Below are positions 18,759 to 28,412 of a stretch of 57,255 bases of DNA, piece after piece. A model generated the notes under the pieces. That model saw only the letters and a program-made list of their open reading frames with translations, was not told the DNA's origin and did no database searches. Source of the DNA: Deltaproteobacteria bacterium (lineage in GTDB: Bacteria; Myxococcota_A; Polyangia; JAAYKL01); the NCBI GenBank assembly GCA_030621515.1, contig JAUXHN010000003.1, positions 1 to 57,255 on the forward strand, written 5' to 3'. Position 1 is the first letter of the stretch. Each line of letters begins with the position of its first letter. Both the position numbers and the translations under genes were made by a program.

Positions 18759-19550
18759 ATGGATCTCGGACTGAAAGGAAAACGGGCCATCGTCGGCGGC
18801 GCCAGCAAGGGTCTCGGCTTCGCGGTCGCAAAGGCGCTTCTGGATGAAGGCGCGGCGGTTGTGATCGCTTCTCGAAAATCGGTCTCCATAGAGGCTGCCG
18901 CAACAGAGCTCGAACGAATAACGGGAAGCAGACCGATACCTGTCACTGCGGATCTGACCAGGCCGGACGATCGCGAGCGCCTCGTCGAGATCGCACGTAG
19001 CTCCATGGGAGGAATTGATATCCTGGTGTCCAACACCGGAGGGCCTCCGTCGGGGCCCTTTCTCAGCCACGGACCCGAGAACTGGAAACTTGCAATCGAT
19101 CTGGCGCTGGGAAGCGTGACCCACCTGTCGTCGCTGGTGTTGCCGGTCATGAAGGAGCAGAAGTTCGGACGCATCGCTCAGATCGTCTCCATCGCAGGCC
19201 TGGAGGTGGTCGAGGGGCTCATCCTCTCCAATGCGTCCCGCCCTGCCGTGCTCGGCTTCGCCAAGGCACTGGCGCGGGAGATTGCCGGGGACAACATCCT
19301 GGTCAACAGCATCTGCCCGGGCGTGTTCCTCACAGATCGCATAAGGCAACTCGCGCAGGAGCGCGCGCAAGTCCGGGGCATCACAAAGGAGCAGTTCCTG
19401 GAAGAGTTCCTCGCGGACATCCCGATCGGACGCCCCGGCGATCCCTCCGAGGTAGGCGATCTCGCTGCGTTCCTGTGTTCACCCCGCAACACGTACATCA
19501 CCGGGGCCGCCATCCCCATCGACGGCGGCAAGACCAGACGATTATATTAG
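18759..19550 (+). CDS. SDR family oxidoreductase (3-oxoacyl-ACP reductase-like)
   Basis: MDLGLKGKRAIVGGASKGLG, NTGGPP, SNASR, IDGG. Confidence 0.9.
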   Translation: MDLGLKGKRAIVGGASKGLGFAVAKALLDEGAAVVIASRKSVSIEAAATELERITGSRPIPVTADLTRPDDRERLVEIARSSMGGIDILVSNTGGPPSGPFLSHGPENWKLAIDLALGSVTHLSSLVLPVMKEQKFGRIAQIVSIAGLEVVEGLILSNASRPAVLGFAKALAREIAGDNILVNSICPGVFLTDRIRQLAQERAQVRGITKEQFLEEFLADIPIGRPGDPSEVGDLAAFLCSPRNTYITGAAIPIDGGKTRRLY

Positions 19551-19558
19551 GACGATCG

Positions 19559-20590
19559 TCAGACGTTGAACCTGACGTGGAAAATTTCGCCGTCCTTGAC
19601 GACGTAGTCCTTGCCCTCAATTCGCATCTTGCCCTCATCCCGGCACGCGGCTTCGCTGCCGAGCCTGTCGAAATCGTCGAAAGCTATGACCTCGGCGCGA
19701 ATGAACCCCCTGGAAAGATCGCTGTGGATCGTTCCAGCTGCATCCAGTGCGACGGTACCCCTCCTGATGGGCCACGCGCGGCACTCGTCCGCCCCGCGGG
19801 TGAGAAACGTGATGAGATCCAGCAACCGGAAAGACATTCGGATGAATCGCATCTTGGTGGGCTCTTCCAGTCCCAGATCCTCGAGAAACTCCGCCTGATC
19901 CTCCGGATCGAGGGCGGCGATCTCGACCTCGATGGTTCCGCTCAGAGACATCACTTCGAGGCCCTTCTCGGTGGCAAGGGCCGAGAGCTCTTTCGGAATT
20001 TGCGACGACGCCTCGTTTTCGGGTTGGTTCAGAACAATCATCATGGGCTTCAGGGTGACAAACGCAAACCCGGACAGGGAGTGTGCATCACCGCTGGACA
20101 GCTGAAGTCCCCTCAGCGGCAGCCCTTCGCCCAGCCGCTCCAGACAACGTTCCAGCAAGGCGAGCTGCCTGGGATCGGTGCGGTCCTTCGCCAGACGCTC
20201 CACCCTCTTCTCGACCACCTGCATGTCGGAGATGATCAGCTCCTCCTCGAAAGATCTGATTTCCTCGTTCGGGAAAGGTCCGGTCGAGCCGTCATGAAAC
20301 CCGCGAACGACCTGGACCAGAGCGTCCATCTCCCTGATGCGACCGAGGGTCTGCGGATCCAGATTGTTCGATCCCCTTCCTCCGGGAACATCCGCGAAAA
20401 CCATTTCCGCATATGTGATCTTTTTGGGCTGATCGATCTGGGCCAGTCGATCCACTCGTCGATCCGGAACCTTGATAGTTCCCAGGTTGACCTTTCCTCC
20501 ACCGTAGCCGGTCGGGGCGCTCTGGCCCGTCAACGCATTGAAGAGCGTCGTCTTTCCCGATCCCGCAAAACCGACGATGCCGATCTTCAT
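19559..20590 (-). CDS. ychF: YchF/OLA1-like ATPase (DUF933/TGS C-terminus)
   Basis: GFAGSGKTTLFNALT, VPDRRVDRL, E.RAW.I..G..A..AAGTIHSD..RGFIRAEV, EGKDYVVKDG. Confidence 0.85.
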   Translation of the reverse strand: MKIGIVGFAGSGKTTLFNALTGQSAPTGYGGGKVNLGTIKVPDRRVDRLAQIDQPKKITYAEMVFADVPGGRGSNNLDPQTLGRIREMDALVQVVRGFHDGSTGPFPNEEIRSFEEELIISDMQVVEKRVERLAKDRTDPRQLALLERCLERLGEGLPLRGLQLSSGDAHSLSGFAFVTLKPMMIVLNQPENEASSQIPKELSALATEKGLEVMSLSGTIEVEIAALDPEDQAEFLEDLGLEEPTKMRFIRMSFRLLDLITFLTRGADECRAWPIRRGTVALDAAGTIHSDLSRGFIRAEVIAFDDFDRLGSEAACRDEGKMRIEGKDYVVKDGEIFHVRFNV

Positions 20591-20671
20591 ATTGCCTTCC
20601 TCATGCCTTCTCCCCGTAAGAGGGACATTTTGCCAATCTCACCTGCCCGAGATAACAGAATGGGAATCCTC

Positions 20672-20699
20672 TTGCATCGAAAAAAACACGTATTATAAT
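20672..20699 (+). promoter_or_regulatory. Sigma-70-type promoter of the tRNA, with GC-rich discriminator
   Basis: TTGCAT-16 nt-TATAAT followed by GCCGCCGC, 13 nt before the tRNA. Confidence 0.65.
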
Positions 20700-20712
20700 G
20701 CCGCCGCTAGCC

Positions 20713-20787
20713 GGGCCTGTAGCTCAACTAGGTTAGAGCCCCCGGCTCATAACCGGGTGGTTTCCGGTTCGATTCCGGACGGGCCCA
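20713..20787 (+). tRNA. tRNA-Ile2 (CAU, lysidine-type); CCA not encoded
   Basis: Cloverleaf GGGCCTG/CGGGCCC, anticodon loop CTCATAA, TTCGATT. G1-C72 pair excludes initiator, and C4/C5 are TilS-type determinants. Confidence 0.88.
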
Positions 20788-20851
20788 CAAGATGTTTACT
20801 ATATCGCCGTACCGGCTGGTCGGCGCGGCTTGAGCGGACGAGGAATCAAAG

Positions 20852-21589
20852 TTGCAAGAAGAACTGGCTGCCCTCGAAGAATTACAAAAACTCGACCTTG
20901 ATATCCTGGAACTCAGCAACGAACTCGGTGCCATACCGCTTACCATCGAAGAGACCCGCGAGAACGTTTCTCATATAGGAGAGATCCTCGAGCGTGAGCG
21001 CGAACGTTTGCGGGAGTCCGAGGAATGGCGAAGGGATCGCGAGAAAGCCGTCGATCTTCAGAGCGATCTTCTCACCAAGAGCAAGGCCAAGCTGCAACTC
21101 GCCCGAAACGAAAAAGAAAACAAGGCCGCCCAGCGCGAGATCGACACCATCCGAAAGAACATCCAGGAGCGGGAGAAGGAAACCCTGGATGTCATGGAGG
21201 CCATCGAGCAATACAGGAAAGCTATCGAGGAGCATACGGTGGAGTTCTCGGAGCTCGAGAAGCACCTGAAGGCCACCGAAGAAGAAGGCAACGAGCGCAT
21301 GAGAGAGATGGAGTCGGCCATCGGCAGTACGGAGGAGCGCCGCGCGCAACTTTCAAGCCGGGTTCCCGAGAAGCTCCTGCGCCAGTACGAGCGGATCCAC
21401 AAGCGCCTGGGCCTCGCGCTCGTGCCGGTTGTCGAGGGTAGCTGCACCGGGTGCAACATCGGTCTTCAGCCTCAGATGTACAACCTCCTCCAGCGAGGAA
21501 ACAAGATCTTCACCTGTCCCAACTGCTTTCGAATCCTGGTATACAAGAAGATGGAAGATCCAGAGTCCGGTGTGGAAAAGCAGGACTGA
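20852..21589 (+). CDS. Coiled-coil protein with C4-type zinc ribbon (DUF164/CT398-like)
   Basis: L.ELQKLD N-terminus, long coiled coil, YERI, CTGC...CPNC.RIL. Confidence 0.9.
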   Translation: MQEELAALEELQKLDLDILELSNELGAIPLTIEETRENVSHIGEILERERERLRESEEWRRDREKAVDLQSDLLTKSKAKLQLARNEKENKAAQREIDTIRKNIQEREKETLDVMEAIEQYRKAIEEHTVEFSELEKHLKATEEEGNERMREMESAIGSTEERRAQLSSRVPEKLLRQYERIHKRLGLALVPVVEGSCTGCNIGLQPQMYNLLQRGNKIFTCPNCFRILVYKKMEDPESGVEKQD

Positions 21590-21605
21590 GGTTTTTTTTA
21601 CTGTT

Positions 21606-22005
21606 GAAGCGGCTCAGGTGATCGCCGGCAAAAGCGACGTTTCGGCGTCGTTTGCGGGAGGAAAGTCCGAGCTTCGCAGGGCAAGGTGCCGGGTAACGCC
21701 CGGTGGGGGTGACCCCGAGGAAAGTGCCACAGAAAATATACCGCCTTGGGCCGCGAGGCCGAGGGTAAGGGTGAAATGGTGCGGTAAGAGCGCACCGGGG
21801 TCCCGGTAACGGGGCTCGCGAAGGCAAACCCCACCTGAAGCAAGGCCAAACAGGGAGCGGCCGTCTTTGACGGCACGGATTGCCCGTCCGAAGTCTCCCG
21901 GGTGGGCCGCATGAGGTGGTCGGTAACGGCCGTCCTAGATGAATGATCGCCGCCCCTGGTTCGGGCGACCGGTCAGGGGAACAGAACTCGGCTTACGAGC
22001 TCTTC
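21606..22005 (+). ncRNA. rnpB: RNase P RNA (type A)
   Basis: GAGGAAAGTCC, GAAAGTGCCACAGAAA, GGTGAAA.GGTGCGGTAAGAGCGCACC, GGCAAACCCC, AGATGAATG, AACAGAACTCGGCTTA. Complementary ends form P1. Confidence 0.97.
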
Positions 22006-22013
22006 AACAGACT

Positions 22014-22044
22014 GGGTCGCCGGCGAAAGTCGGCGGCCCTTTTT
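22014..22044 (+). terminator. Intrinsic terminator after rnpB
   Basis: GGGTCGCCGGC-GAAA-GTCGGCGGCCC hairpin followed by TTTTT. Confidence 0.85.
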
Positions 22045-22135
22045 ACTCTCCCCAGATGTGTTCGTTGATGGACATCTTTTTGGAGGAGTAGAATCCACTA
22101 CTATCCATGTATTCAAAGGAACAAAGGGACCATTT

Positions 22136-23464
22136 ATGCGCATGCGTCTTCCGATACTAGTTTTTTTCCAACTCATGTTCACCACGGCGGTTATCAGTGA
22201 CGCCGGCGCGAGCTGGGTGAACCAGATGGGCAACGGTGACTCCAACTCCATCTACCTGGCCGCAGGAGCGGCCCCCGGAGCGTCGGTCGCCTGCGCGGCG
22301 GGCTGGGTCAACACCGGCTCAAGTCCACAGGTACTCTTTGCCCGCACAGACAACGGAGACAACTGGACCGAAGGCGGTTTCAACGGCTATGCCGGCGCTC
22401 TGGCCATGGTCGACAACAGCATCGGGTTCATGGGCGGAATACTGGGAAAGGTGTGGAAGACTACCGACGGAGGCGTATCCTGGGTGGAAATACCGGAGGC
22501 GACGCTCGGAGGCGGTACGCTGACGGATTCCGAGTTCATTGCGGACATCGTTGTTTCCCAAAATGGCCAAACTGTGCTGATTGTAGGTTTGAGCGGGCTC
22601 ATTGCCATCTCCCTGGACCAGGGTTCCACATGGGACAAGGAAGAAGTTTCGGTTCCGAGTGGAGGTTCACTCACGGCGGGGGCCGTCATTGGAGAGAACA
22701 TCTGGTTTGTTGGTGGGACACCGAGTGAGGAGCCCACCGAGGGAGATGATTGGGAAGACCCCACCCCGGGGCACGCGGGTGGTGACGGGTTTGTGTTGTA
22801 CTCCGACGATGGAGGATCGAGTTTCGACACCATAGCCTCGAACCTGGAGTACGAACTCACCGACGTTTCGTTCGTGAATCCGCTTGAGGGCTGGGCATCT
22901 GCCTCCACGAGCACAGAGGGAGGCGCGGCCGTCGGCAAGACCTCGGACGGCGGTGAAACATGGGATTTTGTATCGGTGCCGGACTTCCCAGAAGGCGAGG
23001 TTTTCGGAGTCGCCATGGGCGCCTCGTTGGTTCCCGCCGGGTGTTCCGGAGTGGAGTTCTTCGGCAGAGAGGTCGGGGTGGCGGTGTGTACCTCGGCGAC
23101 CTTTGAAGCCGACGGGGCCACGGGTCTTTTCCTGAGCACTGACGGCGGGGCATCCTGGGAGATTCAACCGGGTTACAAGGACGCTTTCGCGTCCCAGATG
23201 GCCTCAATGGCCACGATCTTCGACATGGCGATGATCGACTGCCATCGCGGATGGCTCGTCGGGGGAGGCAAGGTCATTCAAAGATGGGACAATGACGATC
23301 AGTCTCTGGATTGCTCACAAGGAGGCGCCCCCACTGAAGACGTGCCCGACGATCTGGCGGATCCCGACGCCTCTGACGGCAGAGGGGATGACTGCGGCTG
23401 CGCTCTTGTGGGGGCAACGTCATTGAACAGCTTCATCCTCGCGATCGTTTCCGCGCTATTCTAG
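22136..23464 (+). CDS. Secreted BNR/Asp-box (Ycf48-like) beta-propeller with MYXO-CTERM-like tail
   Basis: Signal peptide, repeated [ST]xDGGx[ST]W boxes, C-terminal DDCGCALVG plus hydrophobic segment. Confidence 0.85.
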   Translation: MRMRLPILVFFQLMFTTAVISDAGASWVNQMGNGDSNSIYLAAGAAPGASVACAAGWVNTGSSPQVLFARTDNGDNWTEGGFNGYAGALAMVDNSIGFMGGILGKVWKTTDGGVSWVEIPEATLGGGTLTDSEFIADIVVSQNGQTVLIVGLSGLIAISLDQGSTWDKEEVSVPSGGSLTAGAVIGENIWFVGGTPSEEPTEGDDWEDPTPGHAGGDGFVLYSDDGGSSFDTIASNLEYELTDVSFVNPLEGWASASTSTEGGAAVGKTSDGGETWDFVSVPDFPEGEVFGVAMGASLVPAGCSGVEFFGREVGVAVCTSATFEADGATGLFLSTDGGASWEIQPGYKDAFASQMASMATIFDMAMIDCHRGWLVGGGKVIQRWDNDDQSLDCSQGGAPTEDVPDDLADPDASDGRGDDCGCALVGATSLNSFILAIVSALF

Positions 23465-24777
23465 GCGTCCGGGTTTCCCAGGCTTCTGAGCCATCCGTCG
23501 GCGAGGGGCCCCGGGTCGAATCCGGTTTCTATCTGAATGAGATCCAGCATCTCCTGCATAGTCGCAGCTTCGCCCGCGTGCTCATCGAAAAAGGATCCGA
23601 ACACTGCGTCCAGCACGTCCGGTCCCACGGCCTGTGCCACGGCACGGTAAAAATAGGCGCCCTTGATGTACACCGCCCGAGTGAATATCCCGTCATCGAG
23701 AACATCCAGCTCGTTGCACGAGTCAGGCCACACGATGGAATCATTGCTGGAAAGAATGTAATTCAACTCCGACTGGTAATCGTCCCAGACACTCTGCTCC
23801 GCTTCGGATCCCACGGCCTGGCCGAGCGAGCGAGCGGTCAGGTATGTCACGGTGCCCTCCGAGAGAACCAGATCCTCCCAGCAGGCCAGTCGAATGCCGT
23901 CGCCATACCAGCCGTGAGCTGCTTCGTGAACATGTATGTCCCTGTCTCCCATGGCTCCGGAAGCCAGGTGCCAGAGGGGATGGTGCTCCATGCCCCCCAA
24001 CGCGCCGGCCCCCCATTCCACCTGCACTCCGCCGGCCACTTCACCAAATGGATAAGAACCGAGGGTCTGCTCCATCCAGCCGAAGGCCTCGACCAGTCCT
24101 TCACCGCCGTCCGCCGCCGCCTGCTCGTTTCCGGCAAAAACCCACATCTCTATTTCGGTTCCTTCGGTGCTTGTCCCCAGGGGAACATGGACATAGTCGC
24201 CGATGGCCCAGGCTATCTGGTACGACGGAGCATCAAAGGCAATTGCCTCCGGGTACACCGCAACTTCACCCTCCTGCACACCTGTTATCTCCAGGGTAAA
24301 CTCTGTGCCGTCCTTCGGGTGTGAGTGACAGGGAAAGAGGTTTCCGCAGTAATAGGGCCAGGTAAGAGTTGATCCCCCGCTCATGTATCCCTGGAAGACA
24401 GCCTGGACAAAGAATTCGTATTCGATGATCAGCACCGACTCTTCTTCCGAGAGGGGCAGTCCGACATCGAGCCTGCCCTCCATAACTTCAAATAACAGCG
24501 GACCATCCTCGCTCTCCACCGAATCGATCTCCAGCCCACCCACATCAAACGACGCGCCTGTCGACTCGGACGACCCCATGGTGATGGTCGCTTGCCCGGT
24601 CATGGTCTCCATGTCCACTTTCAGCCCGGTCTCTACGATGTCCCTGTCCCAGTTTTCCGACGGCTCCACCGGGTTCGTATCAGTGCCTCCGTCCGGATCT
24701 GTCCCGCCGCCCGCACCGTCTTCGTCGCATCCCGCCGCCGCAAGAATCGCGGATAAAAAAATGTAGATCGGCCTCAT
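23461..24777 (-). CDS. M1 family aminopeptidase, lipoprotein
   Basis: Lipobox AAAGC, GGMEH, HEAAHGWYG-x-LSEG, YIKGA. Confidence 0.9.
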   Translation of the reverse strand: MRPIYIFLSAILAAAGCDEDGAGGGTDPDGGTDTNPVEPSENWDRDIVETGLKVDMETMTGQATITMGSSESTGASFDVGGLEIDSVESEDGPLLFEVMEGRLDVGLPLSEEESVLIIEYEFFVQAVFQGYMSGGSTLTWPYYCGNLFPCHSHPKDGTEFTLEITGVQEGEVAVYPEAIAFDAPSYQIAWAIGDYVHVPLGTSTEGTEIEMWVFAGNEQAAADGGEGLVEAFGWMEQTLGSYPFGEVAGGVQVEWGAGALGGMEHHPLWHLASGAMGDRDIHVHEAAHGWYGDGIRLACWEDLVLSEGTVTYLTARSLGQAVGSEAEQSVWDDYQSELNYILSSNDSIVWPDSCNELDVLDDGIFTRAVYIKGAYFYRAVAQAVGPDVLDAVFGSFFDEHAGEAATMQEMLDLIQIETGFDPGPLADGWLRSLGNPDA

Positions 24778-24814
24778 CAGCGCGTATCTCCTTTTTTCGA
24801 GAGTCGGTATGGGG

Positions 24815-25552
24815 TTAGTAGAACACTTCCATGAGGGTCAGTCCATGGGCGGGAGCGGTCATGCCCGCGATCTTCCGATCGCCTGTCTCGAAGAGCCGGC
24901 CGATAGTGTCGGTCGGCAGCTTGCCGAGCCCTATCCCCACCAGGGTACCCGCGATGATCCTCACCATGTACTTGAGAAAGGCCGTGCCCTTCACGGTGAT
25001 GGTTATCACCTCGTCTTCCTCACGGTTTACGATCACCTCGGTGAGGGTACGCTCGGTAGTCTCCCGTTCACAATCCGCCGCCCGAAAGCCCGCGAAATCG
25101 TGCGTTCCGACGAGATCGCCCGCCGCCGCCCGCATTCGGTCAAGATCCAGGTCCTGCGGCACGTGCCAGGCCGTGTTGCCAATCAACGCGGAGGGTGCGC
25201 TCCGGTTGAGCACCCGGTAACGGTAGTGCTTTCCCGTCGAGTCGAATCGGGCGTTGAACCCGTCGGACATGACCTCCGCATGAACCACGGCCACGTCCGG
25301 CCTGCAAAGCGCGCACAGGCCCCGCACCAGTTGCGCAGGCTCGATATCCTTCTGTGATTCGAAGCCGGCCACCTGACCGATGGCGTGGACACCGGCGTCC
25401 GTGCGTGAGGCCCCCTGGATCTTCACATCGTGCCGCAATATCGTGGACAGGGCCTCCTCCAGGACACCCTGCACGGTACGTTGTCCCTCCTGGCGCTGCC
25501 ACCCGGAAAATCTCTTTCCGTCATATTCCACTGTGAGTTTATAGCTTGGCAA
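24815..25552 (-). CDS. truA: tRNA pseudouridine(38-40) synthase
   Basis: EYDG..FSGWQRQ, ASRTDAGVHA.GQV, GTHDF..F, FLKYMVR, TAPAHGL. Confidence 0.97.
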   Translation of the reverse strand: MPSYKLTVEYDGKRFSGWQRQEGQRTVQGVLEEALSTILRHDVKIQGASRTDAGVHAIGQVAGFESQKDIEPAQLVRGLCALCRPDVAVVHAEVMSDGFNARFDSTGKHYRYRVLNRSAPSALIGNTAWHVPQDLDLDRMRAAAGDLVGTHDFAGFRAADCERETTERTLTEVIVNREEDEVITITVKGTAFLKYMVRIIAGTLVGIGLGKLPTDTIGRLFETGDRKIAGMTAPAHGLTLMEVFY

Positions 25553-25562
25553 GTCCGGCCCC

Positions 25563-26273
25563 CTAGAACTCTATGCCCAGGCCGATCTGGAAGGTGCTCG
25601 AGCCCCAGTTGCTCGGGCTCAGGTACATGTAGCCGTCCCTGCCGAAACCCTCCACCCCGGCGACGAGGAGCTCGAAGAAGATATAGCTGTGGTTGACTCC
25701 CACCTCGTTGTCGAATGTCCTCGCTGACATGGGATCGAAGCTGTCCAGCCGAAAGGCTATGCCCGGATTGATCTGCCAGCCCATAGTCCCGCCCGATTCG
25801 ATGGTCTCTCCCGCCCCGAGGACCCACCACAAGTACCAGTTGAGCCCGGCCTTGAAATACGGCACCAGCGGAACCCTCAAATAGTCGGCGAAGACGTCTA
25901 CCCTGATGACGGCGAGCACCGCGAACGGCATTACGTTGAGCACTGTATAGTCGGATGACAGCTGGCCGGTATCCACGGTTCGCGCGCGGGCGTATTCCTG
26001 CATGAACCCGAAGGATCCCCCCACGCCGAAGCTGACTCCGGGCACCCTCAGGAATTGCCAGTCGAGCTCCAGGGTGGTGAGGAACATGTTCTCTTTTCCG
26101 CCGAAGGTGTCGGCGTAGGGCGTACCGGACAGGCCCGGCTCCTCGTCCACGTTGGGCCTGTACGGCCCGAACTTGATCTCGAACGCGCCGTATTGGGGAG
26201 ATGGCACATAGCCCTGCGCCGCAGCCGGAGTGAGGACAAAGAGCGCAAAAACCGCAACCGCGATCTTCCTCAT
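25563..26273 (-). CDS. Outer-membrane beta-barrel protein (MXAN_2562-like)
   Basis: Signal peptide from ATG 26273, which overlaps the upstream stop. SPQ..AFE.KFGPY.P.VD, VPLVPY.K.G, ends in GLGIEF. Confidence 0.75.
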   Translation of the reverse strand: MRKIAVAVFALFVLTPAAAQGYVPSPQYGAFEIKFGPYRPNVDEEPGLSGTPYADTFGGKENMFLTTLELDWQFLRVPGVSFGVGGSFGFMQEYARARTVDTGQLSSDYTVLNVMPFAVLAVIRVDVFADYLRVPLVPYFKAGLNWYLWWVLGAGETIESGGTMGWQINPGIAFRLDSFDPMSARTFDNEVGVNHSYIFFELLVAGVEGFGRDGYMYLSPSNWGSSTFQIGLGIEF

Positions 26274-27661
26274 CTTGCCCTCCGACGACGCGGCAACACC
26301 AGGCCTACCAGCAACCCGGTAAAGACGCCGCCTCCCAGACCGGCGCCGAGCCCCGCAGGACCGATCCACATCAACAGCATCGCAAACCCGGCGAGGATGT
26401 AAAGCAACCGGGCCAGCACCGAGCGAACGACCTCGTGCCCCTCCACAACCGCGGCCAGCACAGGACCGGCGGCATAATACCCGGCAATAAAGACGGAACC
26501 GCCGGGCAGCTCGTCGATGAACTCGTCCCTGAACTTGCTAAGAACGCGCACCACCGGAGCATCGTACGACCCGAAGGTGGCGCTGGCGATGAAGCAGAAT
26601 TTGCCGCCGCCCGACCCGCCGGCTGTCTTGTAGTCATCGAAAAAATTGGTCGTCTGCTCGGGTTGGACACACACGACCCTTGAAAAAACGGACGGGTTCG
26701 CGTGATCGTCGAGTGCTACAACAGCGATCTCGTAAGCCACACCGTTGGTCAGGCCGCTGATGGTGACGCTCTGCATGCTCGCCGCATCCTTCGCGCCGTC
26801 TTCAATTCCTGTCACGGCGTAGGGATCGTAGGGGCTTCCTTCCACGGGGCCGCCCGGGACAGAGCAGATTTCCGCATCCGTCCCGCCGTCATCGTCGCCA
26901 TTGGCGCAGGGCACCGGATCGAAATCCAGCTCTTTCACGCCGGCGTCGCCATCCGTGTCGGTATCGGTATCGGTGTCGGTATCGGTATCCGTGTCGGTGT
27001 CCGTGTCGGTGTCGGTGTCCGTGTCCGTGTCGGTGTCGGTGTCCGTGTCGGTGTCCGTGTAACTGCTGGTTCCATCCCAGTAAATCACCAGGTAACCGTG
27101 GACATCATCGGTTTCGATCGCGGTCCAGCTGACCTGCACGTTCTGCGATCCGATCGAGGCCGATACCCCCGTGGGCGCAGCGGTCGGGCCGGCCATATCG
27201 AGGGCCATATCGAGGGCGGATTCGGGCCAGATTCCGTCTATGGTGAAGCCATCAGTATTCTCGGCCTGTCCCTCGAATTCGAGCAACCCCACCCATAGGT
27301 CCACTGTCACATCCGTAGCGTCGGTCCCGAAGATCTCCTGGGCCGTCAGTGTGAAGATCAAATCTCCGGTGGATTGGTTGTCGACAAGCAGGTCGCAAGC
27401 GTCCGGATCTTCCCAGCAGGAAGTTCCTCTGTAAAGATACAGCTGCCTCCCGGTTGTGTCGTCGCTCTCCAGATCCACGGTCAGGCTGAACGAAACGTTT
27501 GATTCGTAGTCATTCTGATTTGCGTAGGTGTAGTCGCTGGACGAAAATCCCCAGCTGTTGTTCGACCGATCGGCGGCCTCCATAGTTATGGCCGCAACCT
27601 CGCAGGGAATCAGCGCCAGAAGCGCCGTCCATATGCCTATTTTTCTCGTAATAGAAATCAT
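26270..27661 (-). CDS. Secreted FN3-like protein with (Asp-Thr)n tract and CFI-box-CTERM domain
   Basis: Signal peptide, GLTNGVAYEIAVVA.D, CFIASATFGSYDAP.V..L..FRD, TM segment followed by RRRR. Confidence 0.85.
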   Translation of the reverse strand: MISITRKIGIWTALLALIPCEVAAITMEAADRSNNSWGFSSSDYTYANQNDYESNVSFSLTVDLESDDTTGRQLYLYRGTSCWEDPDACDLLVDNQSTGDLIFTLTAQEIFGTDATDVTVDLWVGLLEFEGQAENTDGFTIDGIWPESALDMALDMAGPTAAPTGVSASIGSQNVQVSWTAIETDDVHGYLVIYWDGTSSYTDTDTDTDTDTDTDTDTDTDTDTDTDTDTDTDTDTDGDAGVKELDFDPVPCANGDDDGGTDAEICSVPGGPVEGSPYDPYAVTGIEDGAKDAASMQSVTISGLTNGVAYEIAVVALDDHANPSVFSRVVCVQPEQTTNFFDDYKTAGGSGGGKFCFIASATFGSYDAPVVRVLSKFRDEFIDELPGGSVFIAGYYAAGPVLAAVVEGHEVVRSVLARLLYILAGFAMLLMWIGPAGLGAGLGGGVFTGLLVGLVLPRRRRAR

Positions 27662-27945
27662 GACCTATGGTTTAGCAAGAACCGAACCATAAGGCGAGCG
27701 CCCGTTCACAGCACTTTTTGGAGGTCCCTCACAGCGTTTTTTGACATTTTGTCATTAAGGAGAACGATTTTGAGACGTAAAGGCGAAAAAAGAGGTTCGA
27801 AACCGTTATGAAGCCAGTCCCTACTCATCGGATCGGCTTCGCGAGTGGCAAACGTGTGCTGCAAATTTTTTACGCTCGTTTTTTCCAACTAGGGGGAATG
27901 ATGGTTTTAGTTGTAGTATCATTTATTGTTAGAGGAGGTAGCGTC

Positions 27946-28176
27946 GTGGACGAAAAGCATATCAAGATAGTGGTCGAGAAACACCAGGACGGATACGTGG
28001 CCTATCCATTGGGTCTGAAAGGCGTGGTCGTGGGACAAGGCGATTCCTACGAAGAAGCGCTGGCGGACGTCAAATCCGCGATCCGGTTTCATATGGAAAC
28101 TTTCGGCGCTGAAGCGCTCGATATTGATCCGCCCGTTCTGGAAGCCTTTGTGGTAGAGGCGGGATTCCCGAGCTGA
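27946..28176 (+). CDS. hicB: HicB-like antitoxin (short, no obvious DNA-binding domain)
   Basis: GTG after GGAGG RBS. GYVAYPLGLKG.VVGQGDSYEEAL.DVKSAI. Confidence 0.85.
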   Translation: MDEKHIKIVVEKHQDGYVAYPLGLKGVVVGQGDSYEEALADVKSAIRFHMETFGAEALDIDPPVLEAFVVEAGFPS

Positions 28177-28412
28177 TGCCGAAATTTCCTGTCGATGCTC
28201 CGCGAAAAAAGGTAATCCGCACTCTGCAACTGCTCGGTTTCACAATTGTGCGAGAAGCAGAGCATATAGCGATGACTCGCGCTAATCCGGATGGAAGTCA
28301 AACACCTCTCACAATGCCGAATCATCGTCACATAAAAGGGTCTACGCTCAGAACCATTTGCACTCAGGCCGGGATATCGCGAAACGACTTCATGAAAGCC
28401 TATTTGGATTAA
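28176..28412 (+). CDS. hicA: HicA-like mRNA interferase toxin
   Basis: KVIRTLQ.LGF..VRE..HI.M...T.P.H..IKGSTLR.I..QAGI. Coupled to hicB via TGATG. Confidence 0.88.
   Translation: MPKFPVDAPRKKVIRTLQLLGFTIVREAEHIAMTRANPDGSQTPLTMPNHRHIKGSTLRTICTQAGISRNDFMKAYLD

Noticed and set aside
20713-20787. tRNA-Met (initiator/elongator) call, or a tRNA-targeted island
   Set aside because: Paired G1-C72 and C4/C5 favour Ile2, though elongator Met is not formally excluded. No integrase or duplicated tRNA 3' end was seen.
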